From Spirochaetia bacterium (GTDB taxonomy: Bacteria > Spirochaetota > Spirochaetia > DSM-2461), in contig OY764216.1 in assembly GCA_963668315.1 (NCBI GenBank), positions 3,616,001-3,680,000 of the forward strand: 64,000 nucleotides of DNA, in the 5' to 3' direction. Under the pieces are notes generated by a model that saw only the letters and a program-made list of their open reading frames with translations, was not told the DNA's origin and ran no database searches. The translations under genes were made by a program, and so were the position numbers. Positions 38,256-48,209 of this stretch are shown piece after piece. Within the stretch, counting starts at the first letter, position 1. Each line of letters begins with the position of its first letter.

Positions 38256-38782
38256 TACCAGAACCACGCCTGAACCATGATGGCGCTTTTCATGTTATCA
38301 CACCCCATCTGGTCATTGATCTCTTCTTCGGAAAGAGAGAAAAAGGAGATTCGTTCATGTTCATCCAGCTGCTGATCGCTGATCTGCTCCAGACCTTCCG
38401 CCAGAAAGGTATATGAGGTATTCGACATAAAAGCGGGATTTGGGTTAATGTCTCCGATCAGGGTGATCTTTTCTGCCACATAGCCCGTCTCTTCCTCCAG
38501 TTCCCGTCTTGCCGCCTCCACGGGCTCTTCACCTCTGTCTATCACACCGGCCGGGAATTCATCGGAAAGGGACGCGCTGCCGTGGCGGTATTGGCGTACC
38601 ATGAGGAAACGGCCGTCTGGCAGAACGGGGATCACGGTAACCCAGTCGGGAGGAAACAGTTTGAGAAACCGCCCTTCGGCCCCGTCATGGGAAATGCTTT
38701 TTACGGTAACCATATCAAATAAAGGGCCGCTGCTTCTGTCCACTTCCTCTATTTCACGCCACATCAATTCATCATCGTTCAT
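38228..38782 (-). CDS. NUDIX hydrolase, ADP-ribose pyrophosphatase-like
   Basis: VRQYRH, EFPAG.ID.GE....AARRELEEETGY. Confidence 0.88.
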   Translation of the reverse strand: MNDDELMWREIEEVDRSSGPLFDMVTVKSISHDGAEGRFLKLFPPDWVTVIPVLPDGRFLMVRQYRHGSASLSDEFPAGVIDRGEEPVEAARRELEEETGYVAEKITLIGDINPNPAFMSNTSYTFLAEGLEQISDQQLDEHERISFFSLSEEEINDQMGCDNMKSAIMVQAWFWYQQRVKRSS

Positions 38783-38785
38783 AGT

Positions 38786-39817
38786 TTACTCCCTAGGATA
38801 ACGTCCAATATCACCCTTCTCATTTCTGAAATAATAATACGATTCGTCCTCTCTGACCAGATCTCCCTTTTCGAGATTCACCTTTCCCCCGCCCCCGGGG
38901 AGATCAAGACTGAACCGGGGCAGAGCCAGGTGGGACAGACTTCGTGAAAGTTCTTCATATAGGACAAGCGCCCGGTCAAGGGGAACGCGGAAATGGGCTG
39001 TTCCGGAGGCCATATCGCCCTGAAATAGGTAATAGGGCTTTATTCCCCGCTCGATAAGGGAATAGGAAAGATTTTTCTGTACTTCCACCGAATCGTTCAC
39101 TCCCTTGAGAAGGACGGCCTGGTTCAGCATAGGTATCCCCAGAAGAGAGATTTTTCTGACAAGTTTATCAAAGGAAGGACTCATCTCATCGGGATGATTG
39201 ATCTGAAGGACCATCCAGAGAGCCTTCTGCCTGGAAAGAAGCTCAAGATAATCGTCCCTCACTTCCTCGGGAGCGGCAACGGGCAGACGGGTCCCCACTC
39301 TTTTTACCAGGGGACGTCCAATCCGGTTGAACCCTTCAAAAAGAGTGGAGAGGGTTTTCAGAGGAGCCATCAGACTGTCCCCTCCGGACAGGATGATCTC
39401 ATGAACCTCCTGATGGGCGGAAAGATAGGAAAGGATCGACGCGATCTGTTCCCCTGTCAGTCCCTTTCCCTTGCTTGTGAAATGCCGCCTGAAACAGTGC
39501 CGGCAGTACATGGCGCACTTATCGGTGACAAGAATGAGCGCCCTGTCGTGATAGTGATGGATCAGTCCTTCGCAGGGGGAATGGCTTTTATCCCCCAGGG
39601 GATCGTCCAGTTCGTTTTCCCTTACATCGAGTTCGTATATCCGGGGGATGGCCTGGAGGCGGAGCGGATCATTCGCACCGTTTATCCGCTCGGCCCAATT
39701 CCGGCTCACCCTCAAAGGGAGGGATCTCTCATTTTGCTCAAAATAGGAGCGCTCCTCGTCGGTCAGTTCGATAAATTGCTCAAGCTGTTTGCGGGTAGTC
39801 ACAAAACGGGGTTTCAT
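38786..39817 (-). CDS. KamA/EpmB-family radical SAM aminomutase
   Basis: DPL..Q.IP, DPLG, CAMYCRHCFRR, SGGD, NQ.VLLKGVND, PYYLFQ, GGGK (PLP lysine). Confidence 0.9.
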   Translation of the reverse strand: MKPRFVTTRKQLEQFIELTDEERSYFEQNERSLPLRVSRNWAERINGANDPLRLQAIPRIYELDVRENELDDPLGDKSHSPCEGLIHHYHDRALILVTDKCAMYCRHCFRRHFTSKGKGLTGEQIASILSYLSAHQEVHEIILSGGDSLMAPLKTLSTLFEGFNRIGRPLVKRVGTRLPVAAPEEVRDDYLELLSRQKALWMVLQINHPDEMSPSFDKLVRKISLLGIPMLNQAVLLKGVNDSVEVQKNLSYSLIERGIKPYYLFQGDMASGTAHFRVPLDRALVLYEELSRSLSHLALPRFSLDLPGGGGKVNLEKGDLVREDESYYYFRNEKGDIGRYPRE

Positions 39818-39888
39818 ATCTCACATAATAGTCTATTCTTGACTTTTGATAAAGCAATGGATACATTAAACCCTTAAGGGAGTATGCC

Positions 39889-40791
39889 ATGGACATGTCA
39901 CTGGAAAACATCACGAAGGATGTACTGGATTCATATAAAAAAGTGGGAGGAATAAACCATCTTTCCGGATCTTCTCTTCCTTCCAGAGAAAGTGTTCAGA
40001 ATCTGATGATCACCTTCGAAAGCCTTCTCTTTCCCGGTTTTCAATCGGAAGAACTTCTTGATTCCGATTATATAACATTCACGGTAGGCAATAAGCTTCA
40101 CCAGCTGGCCTCCTCCCTGACGATTGAGATTGCCAAAAGTTTAAAATTCCGCTGCCTCCAAAAGGAAGTCATATGTGAAAAGGACTGCCGAAAGGAGGCC
40201 TCTTCCATGGCTTGCCGCCTCTTGAACACCATTCCCTCCCTTCGGGAAATGGCGCTGAAAGACGTGAGCAGCGCCTTGAAAGGAGATCCGGCGGCAAAAA
40301 CCCATGAGGAGATAATTCTCTCCTATCCGGGACTGGAAGCCATTGCCATTCACCGTTTTGCTCATGAAATGTACAAATTGGATATTCCCCTGATTCCCCG
40401 GATGATGAGTGAGCAGGTCCACAGGAATACGGGAATTGACATACATCCCGGAGCCCAGATCGGGGAAAACTTTTTTATTGACCACGGAACCGGCGTTGTC
40501 ATTGGAGAAACGGCCGTGATCGGCCATAATGTGAAAATATATCAGGGAGTAACCATCGGGGCTCTCAGCGTCAAAAAGGAACTGGCCAATCAGAAGCGCC
40601 ATCCTACCATTGAAGATGACGTTACGATCTACGCCGGAGCAACGATCCTGGGAGGGGAAACGATTATCGGAAGGGGAACCACCATAGGCGGTAATGTCTG
40701 GATAACCGATTCCATACCGAAGGAAAGCGTTGTCTACAGCCTTCCTCCGGAAAATATTATCAAGCAGAGGAAACAGTCTATTGTTTTTTAG
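39889..40791 (+). CDS. cysE: Serine O-acetyltransferase (EpsC/CysE long type)
   Basis: GDPAA, YPG, TGIDIHPGA.IG..FFIDHGTG.VIGET, KRHPT; TTGACT-N17-TACATT promoter and SD. Confidence 0.92.
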   Translation: MDMSLENITKDVLDSYKKVGGINHLSGSSLPSRESVQNLMITFESLLFPGFQSEELLDSDYITFTVGNKLHQLASSLTIEIAKSLKFRCLQKEVICEKDCRKEASSMACRLLNTIPSLREMALKDVSSALKGDPAAKTHEEIILSYPGLEAIAIHRFAHEMYKLDIPLIPRMMSEQVHRNTGIDIHPGAQIGENFFIDHGTGVVIGETAVIGHNVKIYQGVTIGALSVKKELANQKRHPTIEDDVTIYAGATILGGETIIGRGTTIGGNVWITDSIPKESVVYSLPPENIIKQRKQSIVF

Positions 40792-41438
40792 TCGGCGATG
40801 ACGGTCTTGGTAACGCTGTCCGTGTAGAGAGTGACATCTTCGATCTCTTCCAGGGACAGCAGTTTTGATTTAAAGGCTTCCGCCTCATTCTTCTGGGAAA
40901 ATGCCCCCACACGAACGCGGTAGTAAAGGGTACCGTCCACGGTGCGTGTCTGCATGACCGAATCAATTCCCTTTTCCTTAAGAGAGGTACGAAGCTTATC
41001 GGCACTCACCGAATTGGGGAATGATCCAACCTGGAGCCAGTAGATGGGCTCGGTAACTTCTTTGTATGTAACGGTCTTCACCGGTTCGGCGGGTTTAACC
41101 ACAGCGGCGGGCTGCTGAACGGGAGCGGGGATTTCCTTCTCTTCCGGTTCAGGCTCCATGGTGATGACGATCCCCGATTCTTTCTCTTCTTCTATGATCA
41201 GAGGAGTCTCCTCCCCTTTCTGCAGGCTGTCAATCAGGAGATCTTCCGCTTTCTTCTCTGGTAGACCCGTTGCTTCCCCGCTGTTCAGGGATGACAGGGC
41301 CAACTGGGGCTTCTCCTGCGTATCCATGTTATCCATGGGATTAAAAAAGGCCACCCAGCCGATTAAAACAATAATGGCGAGAGCTCCTAAAGCTGTCAGC
41401 AATATCATCAGTGTATTCTTGCCTTTGTTATCATCCAT
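40788..41438 (-). CDS. Membrane-anchored SPOR-domain protein
   Basis: TM, linker, LQVGSF....A..L...L, YRVRVGAF; TAATG coupling to coaE. Confidence 0.88.
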   Translation of the reverse strand: MDDNKGKNTLMILLTALGALAIIVLIGWVAFFNPMDNMDTQEKPQLALSSLNSGEATGLPEKKAEDLLIDSLQKGEETPLIIEEEKESGIVITMEPEPEEKEIPAPVQQPAAVVKPAEPVKTVTYKEVTEPIYWLQVGSFPNSVSADKLRTSLKEKGIDSVMQTRTVDGTLYYRVRVGAFSQKNEAEAFKSKLLSLEEIEDVTLYTDSVTKTVIAD

Positions 41439-42034
41439 TATTTCGTCTCTCCTCTCATAATCCAACGGCTGTACATTTTCTCCGATCTCTTAATGAGACG
41501 GCGGAGACTTAGTCCGTTGTATACCTTATAAATATCGACATGAGGAGGAAATTGTTGAGGATTGAATTCCCTTTGGGAACGAAATCTTTTCAAGATATTG
41601 GAAAGACTTCTTCTATCCCTTTTCCACGCTCTTACCAGCCGCAGCCAGAAGGGCGATTCCATCCAGATCAGACCGTCGATGATATCGGTTATACGGCTTT
41701 TGTGAAGGGCGGCTCCGTTGACGACTATCAGCCGGCCGGGATTCTCCTTAATGGTATCATCCACGACATTCTCTATCCGGGGATGGATAAAAGCCTCCAG
41801 CACGGCCAGTCTTTCGGGATCTGCAAAGACATAGGAAGAGAGAGCGACCCTGTTCATTCCGCCCCTTTCATTAAGCAGATTCATACCGAACAATTCACCC
41901 AGTTCAGAGGCATACCTATCCAAAAGGTGGTGAGTGGTTTTATCCAGATCCATATGGAGAGCCCCCTTATTCTCGAGAAACTCCCCCATCCTGTTTTTAC
42001 CGGAACAGGATTTTCCGGCCAGGCCCACCACCAT
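41438..42034 (-). CDS. coaE: Dephospho-CoA kinase
   Basis: GLAG..CSGK P-loop, R..L...VF.DP..L..LE..IHP, R..R...RD. Confidence 0.88.
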   Translation of the reverse strand: MVVGLAGKSCSGKNRMGEFLENKGALHMDLDKTTHHLLDRYASELGELFGMNLLNERGGMNRVALSSYVFADPERLAVLEAFIHPRIENVVDDTIKENPGRLIVVNGAALHKSRITDIIDGLIWMESPFWLRLVRAWKRDRRSLSNILKRFRSQREFNPQQFPPHVDIYKVYNGLSLRRLIKRSEKMYSRWIMRGETK

Positions 42035-44761
42035 TTAGTGGATATCACCCCAACGGCTGCCGGTCTCCACATTCACATGGAGGGGAACACTCAGGGTAAC
42101 GGTTTTTTCCATTATCTCCTTCACGGCGGCAGCCAGCCTCTCCTGATCACCCCGGGGAGTCTGGAATATACATTCGTCATGAACCTGGAGCAGCATATGC
42201 GTCCCGGGGAATTTCTCCTCTACCATGGGAGCCAGTTCCAGCATGGCTTTTTTAACAATATCCGCCGCCGTACCCTGAATCCGGGAATTGACGGCAGCCC
42301 GTGCCGCGCCCTGCTGTTCCGTCTTATTTCTGCTGTTGATGCCCCTGATGGTCCTGAAGCGTCCCATCATGGTGTAGACGCCCTCATCCTTGCGGGCATC
42401 TTCAACGGTTTTATCGATAAAGTCCCTTATCCCGGCGTATTTATCAAAATAGGTATCGATAAATTCGGCGGCCTCTTTTCTGGGGATCTTCAGTTCATTA
42501 CTCAGGCGGAAAGCCGACATACCGTACATAACCCCGAAGTTGATGGTTTTCGCAATCCGTCTTTCGTCGGCTGTGATTTCGCTCTCCTCTTTGCCGAAAA
42601 TCAGGGAGGCGGTCTGACGGTGCACATCCTTCCCCGAAAGGAAAGCCTGTTTCAACCCCTCGTCGCCGGAAAGATGGGCCAGAACAACCAGTTCAATCTG
42701 GGAATAGTCGGCAGAGAGGAATACCGTCCCCTCATCGGCGGCGAAGGCCATACGGATCATCCGGCCCTTTTCATCCCTGACGGGAATATTCTGTAAGTTG
42801 GGGTCCTTGCTGGCGATACGTCCTGTGGCCGTACCGGTCTGGACAAAATGGGTATGGAGCTTCCCTTTTTCATCCACAAGATCACCGAGAGAATCGATAT
42901 AGGTTGATTTAAGCTTGGCCAGCGTCCGGTGGGAAAGAATGAGCTCGGGAACGGGATCCTGACGGGCAAGCTCGCTCAGTACTTTTATATCGGTGGAGTA
43001 CCCGGTCTTTGTTTTTTTACCCGTGGGAAGCATTCTTACTTCAAATAAAATCCTCTGAAGCTCTTTGGTTGACCGGATATTGAATTCCTCGCCGCAGAGT
43101 TCATAAATTTCCTTTTCGATCCTGTCCATTTCCACGGCCAGGACCTCTCCGTAATCCTTCAGCTCCTCCCCTTTCAAGGTGATCCCCTCCAGCTCCATGT
43201 GGGCCAGAACATACACCAGAGGCATTTCAATATCATAGAAAAGTTTATCAAGTTTTTTTTCAATGAGTCTCTTCTTGAGAACCGAAAACAGTTTCAGCGT
43301 AATATCGCTGTCTTCCGCGGCGTAGGGGACGGCTTTTTCGAGAGGAATGGTATCGAACGTCTTGCCCTTGGGAACCACATCAGCGAAATGGATTGTTTCA
43401 TAATTCAGATATTTCAGGGCCAGGGCATCCATATTGCTGCGCTCATCGCTTTCCAGCATCCAGGCGGCGATCATCGTATCAAAATAGAGCTCAGGGAGTT
43501 TCAGCCCCCAGCGGGTCAGCACTTTATAATCGTATTTGAAGTTCTGTCCGATAAGCTTGAAGCTTCCCTCATTAAACAGTTCCTGAAGCTTGCTTTTAAC
43601 GAAATCCTCGTCTAATACATTCACGCCCTTACATCTGACGGGAATATAAAAAGCCTTCCCCGGTTCGAAGGAGAAAGAGAATCCCACGGGACGGGCTGTC
43701 ATCTCGTCCAGACCGTCGGTCTCGCAGTCGAAGGCAAGAAAAAGAGAATCCTTGGCTTTTTTCCACAGGGCTTCCAATTCGTCTTCCGTCAGTATGGGTT
43801 CATAGGCGGCACCGGAGGTTTCCCAATTCATAAGAGAGCTGGACTCATCAATCTCAGCTTCCTTCTCAGCGGAGGGAACGATAATATCTTCGGAAGTAAA
43901 GAAACGGGCAAACTCCGAATAAAGGGTGTTGATTTCCCATTCTCTGAATAGCTCCTGGACTTTTTCGCCGTTGCAGGGGGCATCCTCATCAATATCCAGT
44001 TCGGCATAATCCATCTCTGTAACGATAGTAACAAGCTTACGGCTGAAAAAAGCATTCTCCCTGTTCTCAATCAGCTTTGAGCGGAGTCCGGCGGCTTTAA
44101 TATTCTCTACATTCTCATAAATATTATCCAGGGTTCCATATTCGGCCAACAGCTTCACGGCGGTTTTCGGACCGACACCGGCGACACCCGGAATATTATC
44201 CGCCGCATCTCCCATCAGAGCCAGATAATCGATCATCTGACCGGGCTTCACCCCCCGGTCTTCCAGGACATCCTCTTCGTTCATCAGGATAAACTTGGAT
44301 TTATCCGGTTTGAGGATATGGATATGGGGCGATACTAGCTGCAGCAGATCCTTATCGCCGGAAATAATGTAAGCCTCGTTGCCTTCTCTCTCTTCCCGTT
44401 TCGCCAGGGCTCCCATTAGATCATCGGCCTCGAGACCGTCAAAGGAGACCACAGGAAGCCCCATGGCCTTCAGTATATCGATGATGGGCTGTACCTGATC
44501 ATGCAGATCCTGGGGCGTTTTATCCCGATTGGCCTTATACTGATCATACATCTCATGCCGGAAGGTAGGCGTCATGGAATCCATGGTGATGTAAAAACGC
44601 TTGGGCTGGAACTTTCGGTAAAAGGAAAAAAGGGTATTGAAAAATCCGTAAATTGCGGAAATATTCTGTTTCTTGCTGTTTATAAGGGGATTTCTGATGA
44701 ATCCGAAATAGGACCTGTAGATAACGCTGTATCCGTCCAGTAGGTATAGGGGTTCTTTCAT
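42035..44761 (-). CDS. polA: DNA polymerase I
   Basis: 5'-3' exo (LLDG, EADD, GD..DNIPGV.GVG.KTA), FDCET, SADYSQIEL, AKTINFG..YG, LLQVHDE. Confidence 0.98.
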   Translation of the reverse strand: MKEPLYLLDGYSVIYRSYFGFIRNPLINSKKQNISAIYGFFNTLFSFYRKFQPKRFYITMDSMTPTFRHEMYDQYKANRDKTPQDLHDQVQPIIDILKAMGLPVVSFDGLEADDLMGALAKREEREGNEAYIISGDKDLLQLVSPHIHILKPDKSKFILMNEEDVLEDRGVKPGQMIDYLALMGDAADNIPGVAGVGPKTAVKLLAEYGTLDNIYENVENIKAAGLRSKLIENRENAFFSRKLVTIVTEMDYAELDIDEDAPCNGEKVQELFREWEINTLYSEFARFFTSEDIIVPSAEKEAEIDESSSLMNWETSGAAYEPILTEDELEALWKKAKDSLFLAFDCETDGLDEMTARPVGFSFSFEPGKAFYIPVRCKGVNVLDEDFVKSKLQELFNEGSFKLIGQNFKYDYKVLTRWGLKLPELYFDTMIAAWMLESDERSNMDALALKYLNYETIHFADVVPKGKTFDTIPLEKAVPYAAEDSDITLKLFSVLKKRLIEKKLDKLFYDIEMPLVYVLAHMELEGITLKGEELKDYGEVLAVEMDRIEKEIYELCGEEFNIRSTKELQRILFEVRMLPTGKKTKTGYSTDIKVLSELARQDPVPELILSHRTLAKLKSTYIDSLGDLVDEKGKLHTHFVQTGTATGRIASKDPNLQNIPVRDEKGRMIRMAFAADEGTVFLSADYSQIELVVLAHLSGDEGLKQAFLSGKDVHRQTASLIFGKEESEITADERRIAKTINFGVMYGMSAFRLSNELKIPRKEAAEFIDTYFDKYAGIRDFIDKTVEDARKDEGVYTMMGRFRTIRGINSRNKTEQQGAARAAVNSRIQGTAADIVKKAMLELAPMVEEKFPGTHMLLQVHDECIFQTPRGDQERLAAAVKEIMEKTVTLSVPLHVNVETGSRWGDIH

Positions 44762-45156
44762 GTGGTTATATCGATCATTCCTGGTTTGGCCGTACGGATG
44801 TCATAACGATTATAGCGCAAGTCCATCCGGCCGTTTTTTCTGTTCAACGAACTAATCTCATCATGAAGGGCCCCCTTCATTCTGTCAAGGGAATGGGAAA
44901 TCTTTTTCAGACAACTTTCGGCATGGTCCAGGAGAATATCCCTTTCTCCGGTGAGAGGCGCTATGGCCATGCTTTCCATGACCCGGCGTATTTTCATCAA
45001 TTTCCGGATTCCGATCTGTTCCTGCTCTGCGTAACGGGGCAACAGCTCTTCTTTATGGAGATTCTTATAAAACACGGAGAGGAAGTGACTGTATGCCCTC
45101 AGGCACTCCACTTCCTCTTCCTGAATCCTCTGAAAATATGCTTCCCCGTTATTCAT
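44758..45156 (-). CDS. Hypothetical helical protein downstream of fliS (FlgN/FliT-like chaperone possible)
   Basis: Abuts fliS stop and overlaps polA start; C-terminal P..IDI motif. Confidence 0.6.
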   Translation of the reverse strand: MNNGEAYFQRIQEEEVECLRAYSHFLSVFYKNLHKEELLPRYAEQEQIGIRKLMKIRRVMESMAIAPLTGERDILLDHAESCLKKISHSLDRMKGALHDEISSLNRKNGRMDLRYNRYDIRTAKPGMIDITT

Positions 45157-45579
45157 TTATCCCGCGATATTTATGGCCGTTCTGGGAACGGATCTCTCTG
45201 TCTGGACCTGATTTTCGATAGTAGCCCAGGCTCCCCGCAGATCATCCATGAAACGGGCGATCTGAAGGACTTTCTCTTCACTCTTCTCTATATTGGCTTC
45301 CAGAAGAGTCTGATTGAAATAGATATACAGATTCATCAGATTGGAGGCGATTTCCCCTCCCGCCTGCATATCCAGCGAAGACATCAGCTCGGAAATTATA
45401 GCCTGAGCCTTGGTGATGCATTTATTGACTTCATCGTAACGGGCCTTATCATTCACTTTCAGAAGATCGGCACCGATTTCCAACTGGCGGACAGCTTCTT
45501 CGTACAGCATAACGATGAGCCTGCCCTGGCTGGCTGTTTTAATAGATGTTTCTTTATAGGCACTCAAAGGGCTATTCAT
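45157..45579 (-). CDS. fliS: Flagellin chaperone FliS
   Basis: AY.....TAS...LI.MLY, KAQ.II.EL..SLD...GGEIA.NL..LY.Y, LR.AW. Confidence 0.95.
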   Translation of the reverse strand: MNSPLSAYKETSIKTASQGRLIVMLYEEAVRQLEIGADLLKVNDKARYDEVNKCITKAQAIISELMSSLDMQAGGEIASNLMNLYIYFNQTLLEANIEKSEEKVLQIARFMDDLRGAWATIENQVQTERSVPRTAINIAG

Positions 45580-45613
45580 AATTTCCTCCCATCAGAATAG
45601 TACTCTATTGTAA

Positions 45614-45640
45614 ATATCGGAAGCCTTTTCACGTGACTTA
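45614..45640 (-). promoter_or_regulatory. sigma28 (FliA)-type promoter of fliS
   Basis: TAAG-N15-TCCGATAT versus consensus TAAA-N15-GCCGATAA. Confidence 0.72.
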
Positions 45641-45644
45641 ACCT

Positions 45645-47924
45645 TTATTTGCTGTGTTCCATCAATAATCCGACAGGGACAACCTCGTATCCCTCCTTTA
45701 TCAATCCATTTAGGAGCAGTTCCAGTTTCTGGAAAACATAATCATCCCTTTCGGCCTCGGAACCGACACTCAGGGGTATGATGGAACCGGGCTGAATCTG
45801 TTCTCTGATTTTACCTATGATCTCATCCGCTCCGTAGTAGAGGAATTCATCGTCCCTATTCACCCAGTCCAGGGTTTCCACATCCCTGCCTACGTAAGTA
45901 TAATTCATTTCCTCCGAGGCTGCCACAATTTCTGAATTGACGAAATACCACGGGGCGTGCCAAAGGGGAAGCAGTTCCCTTCCGGTGGCGCGGAAAAATT
46001 CATCCTCGTTTCTGGCAAGTCCGCGGATGATGAAGTCCTTATCAATATTATATTTTCTGTCTGTCATATTTATGACCGTGTAGAAAAGAGAGCCCAGTTC
46101 GTGGCCGGAATCGGCCAGAGCCTTAATCGCCTGGGGATATTTTCTTATGGAATCGCCATTAACAAAAAACGTGGTTCTAATATTGTATTCCGCCAGGACA
46201 TTCAATATATCCATCATTCCGGTTATATTATTGGTCACATTGAAAACGAGGGATACCTCCCTTCTTCTTGAGCGTGAACCGTTGTTAAAGATCAAAGAAG
46301 GGGCGTTCCCGGAATCCCCTGAATCAAGGGGGATAAGGGTCTGCTCCATATCTGCCAGAAGAGGCTCCGTGCCGAAATCCCTGGACTTTCGTACCATAAG
46401 AAGATTTCCATATATGACCGGCCTGTTATTGTCCGTCAGAAAAACCCGGTAACTGTCATTGCTGACCTCTCTCTCCCGATAGAAAAGATCATCCGTCTCC
46501 TGCCAGGTGTCATTCTCTTCGTCAAGCAGATAATTCTTCCCTTCCGATGTCAGCTGGGGGTGTCCGTCCAGGCTGAAGCCGTAATCATCGCATTGGGAGA
46601 AAAACAGAACCTGGTTCTTCTCTGTCACGATATCGTATAAAGAAGTCTCTCCCTCTCCGAGAAGGATAACCCTGGACTCATCGGCCCAGTAACAGGCCAT
46701 GTTGGGACCGAGATCGGCGGTACGCAGAAGGGTCCATCTCCGGCTGTCCCGAATATTCAGTTCATGGCGGTAGAGCAGAACGATATTCTGCTGGTCCGGA
46801 CTTAGTGCCATATCGACAACGCCTTTCTGTTTGGTTTCCACAAAGGAATCGATGGCCTTTTCGGGATCATACTTGTACAGGACGCCCCCGGTATTTTCCG
46901 CCAGTTCACTGCCCGTTAAAAGGTAAAGCTGCCCTGAATCTGACCAGAGGATTTTCCGGACTTCCGAACCTACGGGCAGTTTGAGGAAGGGGAAGCGGGC
47001 GATTTTGCCGTAATCATTGTAATTGCGGAATTCGAGATTAACAAGAAAGAGGGCTCCCCCTTCTCTCTTCACAAGTATTTTTGTTCTGTCCGGACTGATC
47101 CAGAAATCATCGAAATTACCGTTAAAATCAAAAAAGAGCTGACCGGCCACCGTACCGATCTGCAGGGGACTGTCGTAAAAGGACAGGGCGAACATTTCGT
47201 TTGCCTGAACGGACAGCACTTCGTTTCCCACAATAAAATAGAGCCGTCCGTCACCGCCCCATTTGAAGCTGCCGGCGCCTCCTTCCCCGAGACGTCTCGT
47301 CTCTTCTTCAGGCAGCTTATCCTCCAGAAACCTGTCGATGGAAAAATAATAGAGAGATCCCTGCTTGACGTAGGCGAAGAAACGGGAGTTTTCCGACCAT
47401 CTTATACTGCTTCCTTTATAATCCATCGTAACCGAGGAAGTGATAAGGCTGCTGTACCCCTTTTCACGGTCGAAGAGAAGAAGGTCTCCTTTCGTCCAGA
47501 CCACGGCGCGGTAATAGATTAAAAAACGGCCGTCCGGAGATATGCTCATGGGAAGCAGTTTTCCCAGCTGGACCGTTGATCCCGTTTCCAGCGAAGGATA
47601 AATATCCATGCGCCGGGGTAGAGCCGTGTTTTCTCCGCTGAAAACATAAAACCCGAACCGGTTCCAGAGGAAGAGCTCACCGCTCCGTGAGGAGTAGAAA
47701 TGCTCCTCGGGATAATGGGTCAGGAGAGAGAGGGACCGGTCATCAAGATTTGAACGGATCAGGGCCCCGTAATTCCCTTTTCCATAGGAATCGCTGTGGG
47801 TGGCCATAAACATGAGGGTATCGTCTTCTCTTAAATCGGGATCGGAGAAACGGGTTTCACCCCATAGGGGAAGGAGCATGAAGAGGAACAGGGCTTTTAC
47901 GAAAGGGGTTTTTAAGGGTTTCAT
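45645..47924 (-). CDS. Secreted beta-propeller plus CE4 polysaccharide deacetylase-like protein
   Basis: Signal peptide, SPDG-type repeats, C-terminal NodB-like TTFFVNG, GHELG, DW, PGSII, GYE.VPV. Confidence 0.75.
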   Translation of the reverse strand: MKPLKTPFVKALFLFMLLPLWGETRFSDPDLREDDTLMFMATHSDSYGKGNYGALIRSNLDDRSLSLLTHYPEEHFYSSRSGELFLWNRFGFYVFSGENTALPRRMDIYPSLETGSTVQLGKLLPMSISPDGRFLIYYRAVVWTKGDLLLFDREKGYSSLITSSVTMDYKGSSIRWSENSRFFAYVKQGSLYYFSIDRFLEDKLPEEETRRLGEGGAGSFKWGGDGRLYFIVGNEVLSVQANEMFALSFYDSPLQIGTVAGQLFFDFNGNFDDFWISPDRTKILVKREGGALFLVNLEFRNYNDYGKIARFPFLKLPVGSEVRKILWSDSGQLYLLTGSELAENTGGVLYKYDPEKAIDSFVETKQKGVVDMALSPDQQNIVLLYRHELNIRDSRRWTLLRTADLGPNMACYWADESRVILLGEGETSLYDIVTEKNQVLFFSQCDDYGFSLDGHPQLTSEGKNYLLDEENDTWQETDDLFYREREVSNDSYRVFLTDNNRPVIYGNLLMVRKSRDFGTEPLLADMEQTLIPLDSGDSGNAPSLIFNNGSRSRRREVSLVFNVTNNITGMMDILNVLAEYNIRTTFFVNGDSIRKYPQAIKALADSGHELGSLFYTVINMTDRKYNIDKDFIIRGLARNEDEFFRATGRELLPLWHAPWYFVNSEIVAASEEMNYTYVGRDVETLDWVNRDDEFLYYGADEIIGKIREQIQPGSIIPLSVGSEAERDDYVFQKLELLLNGLIKEGYEVVPVGLLMEHSK

Positions 47925-47960
47925 TAACTTAATTATCGGAGGAACAGGAAATAATCTGTA

Positions 47961-48209
47961 TTAATTATTAATGAGTCGGTCTTCAATGAGCGAATTGATT
48001 TCCTCTTCCAAATCTCCCAGCTGACTCTCCATTTTTTCAAGAGTGGCCAGCTGGTTGTTACGATGTACGCGAGTCAGGTTTTTCACTACTCTGTCTACAG
48101 TTACGTTAGGGTCTTCACTTTTGAAAAGATTCTTGCCGCACCAGGGACAATAGTGGAACTTCAGGTTGACAATTTTTCCGCACCAAGCGCAGAATCGTAC
48201 TTCTTCCAT
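47961..48209 (-). CDS. Small double zinc-ribbon protein
   Basis: CAWCG...CPWCG then coiled coil. Confidence 0.7.
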   Translation of the reverse strand: MEEVRFCAWCGKIVNLKFHYCPWCGKNLFKSEDPNVTVDRVVKNLTRVHRNNQLATLEKMESQLGDLEEEINSLIEDRLINN

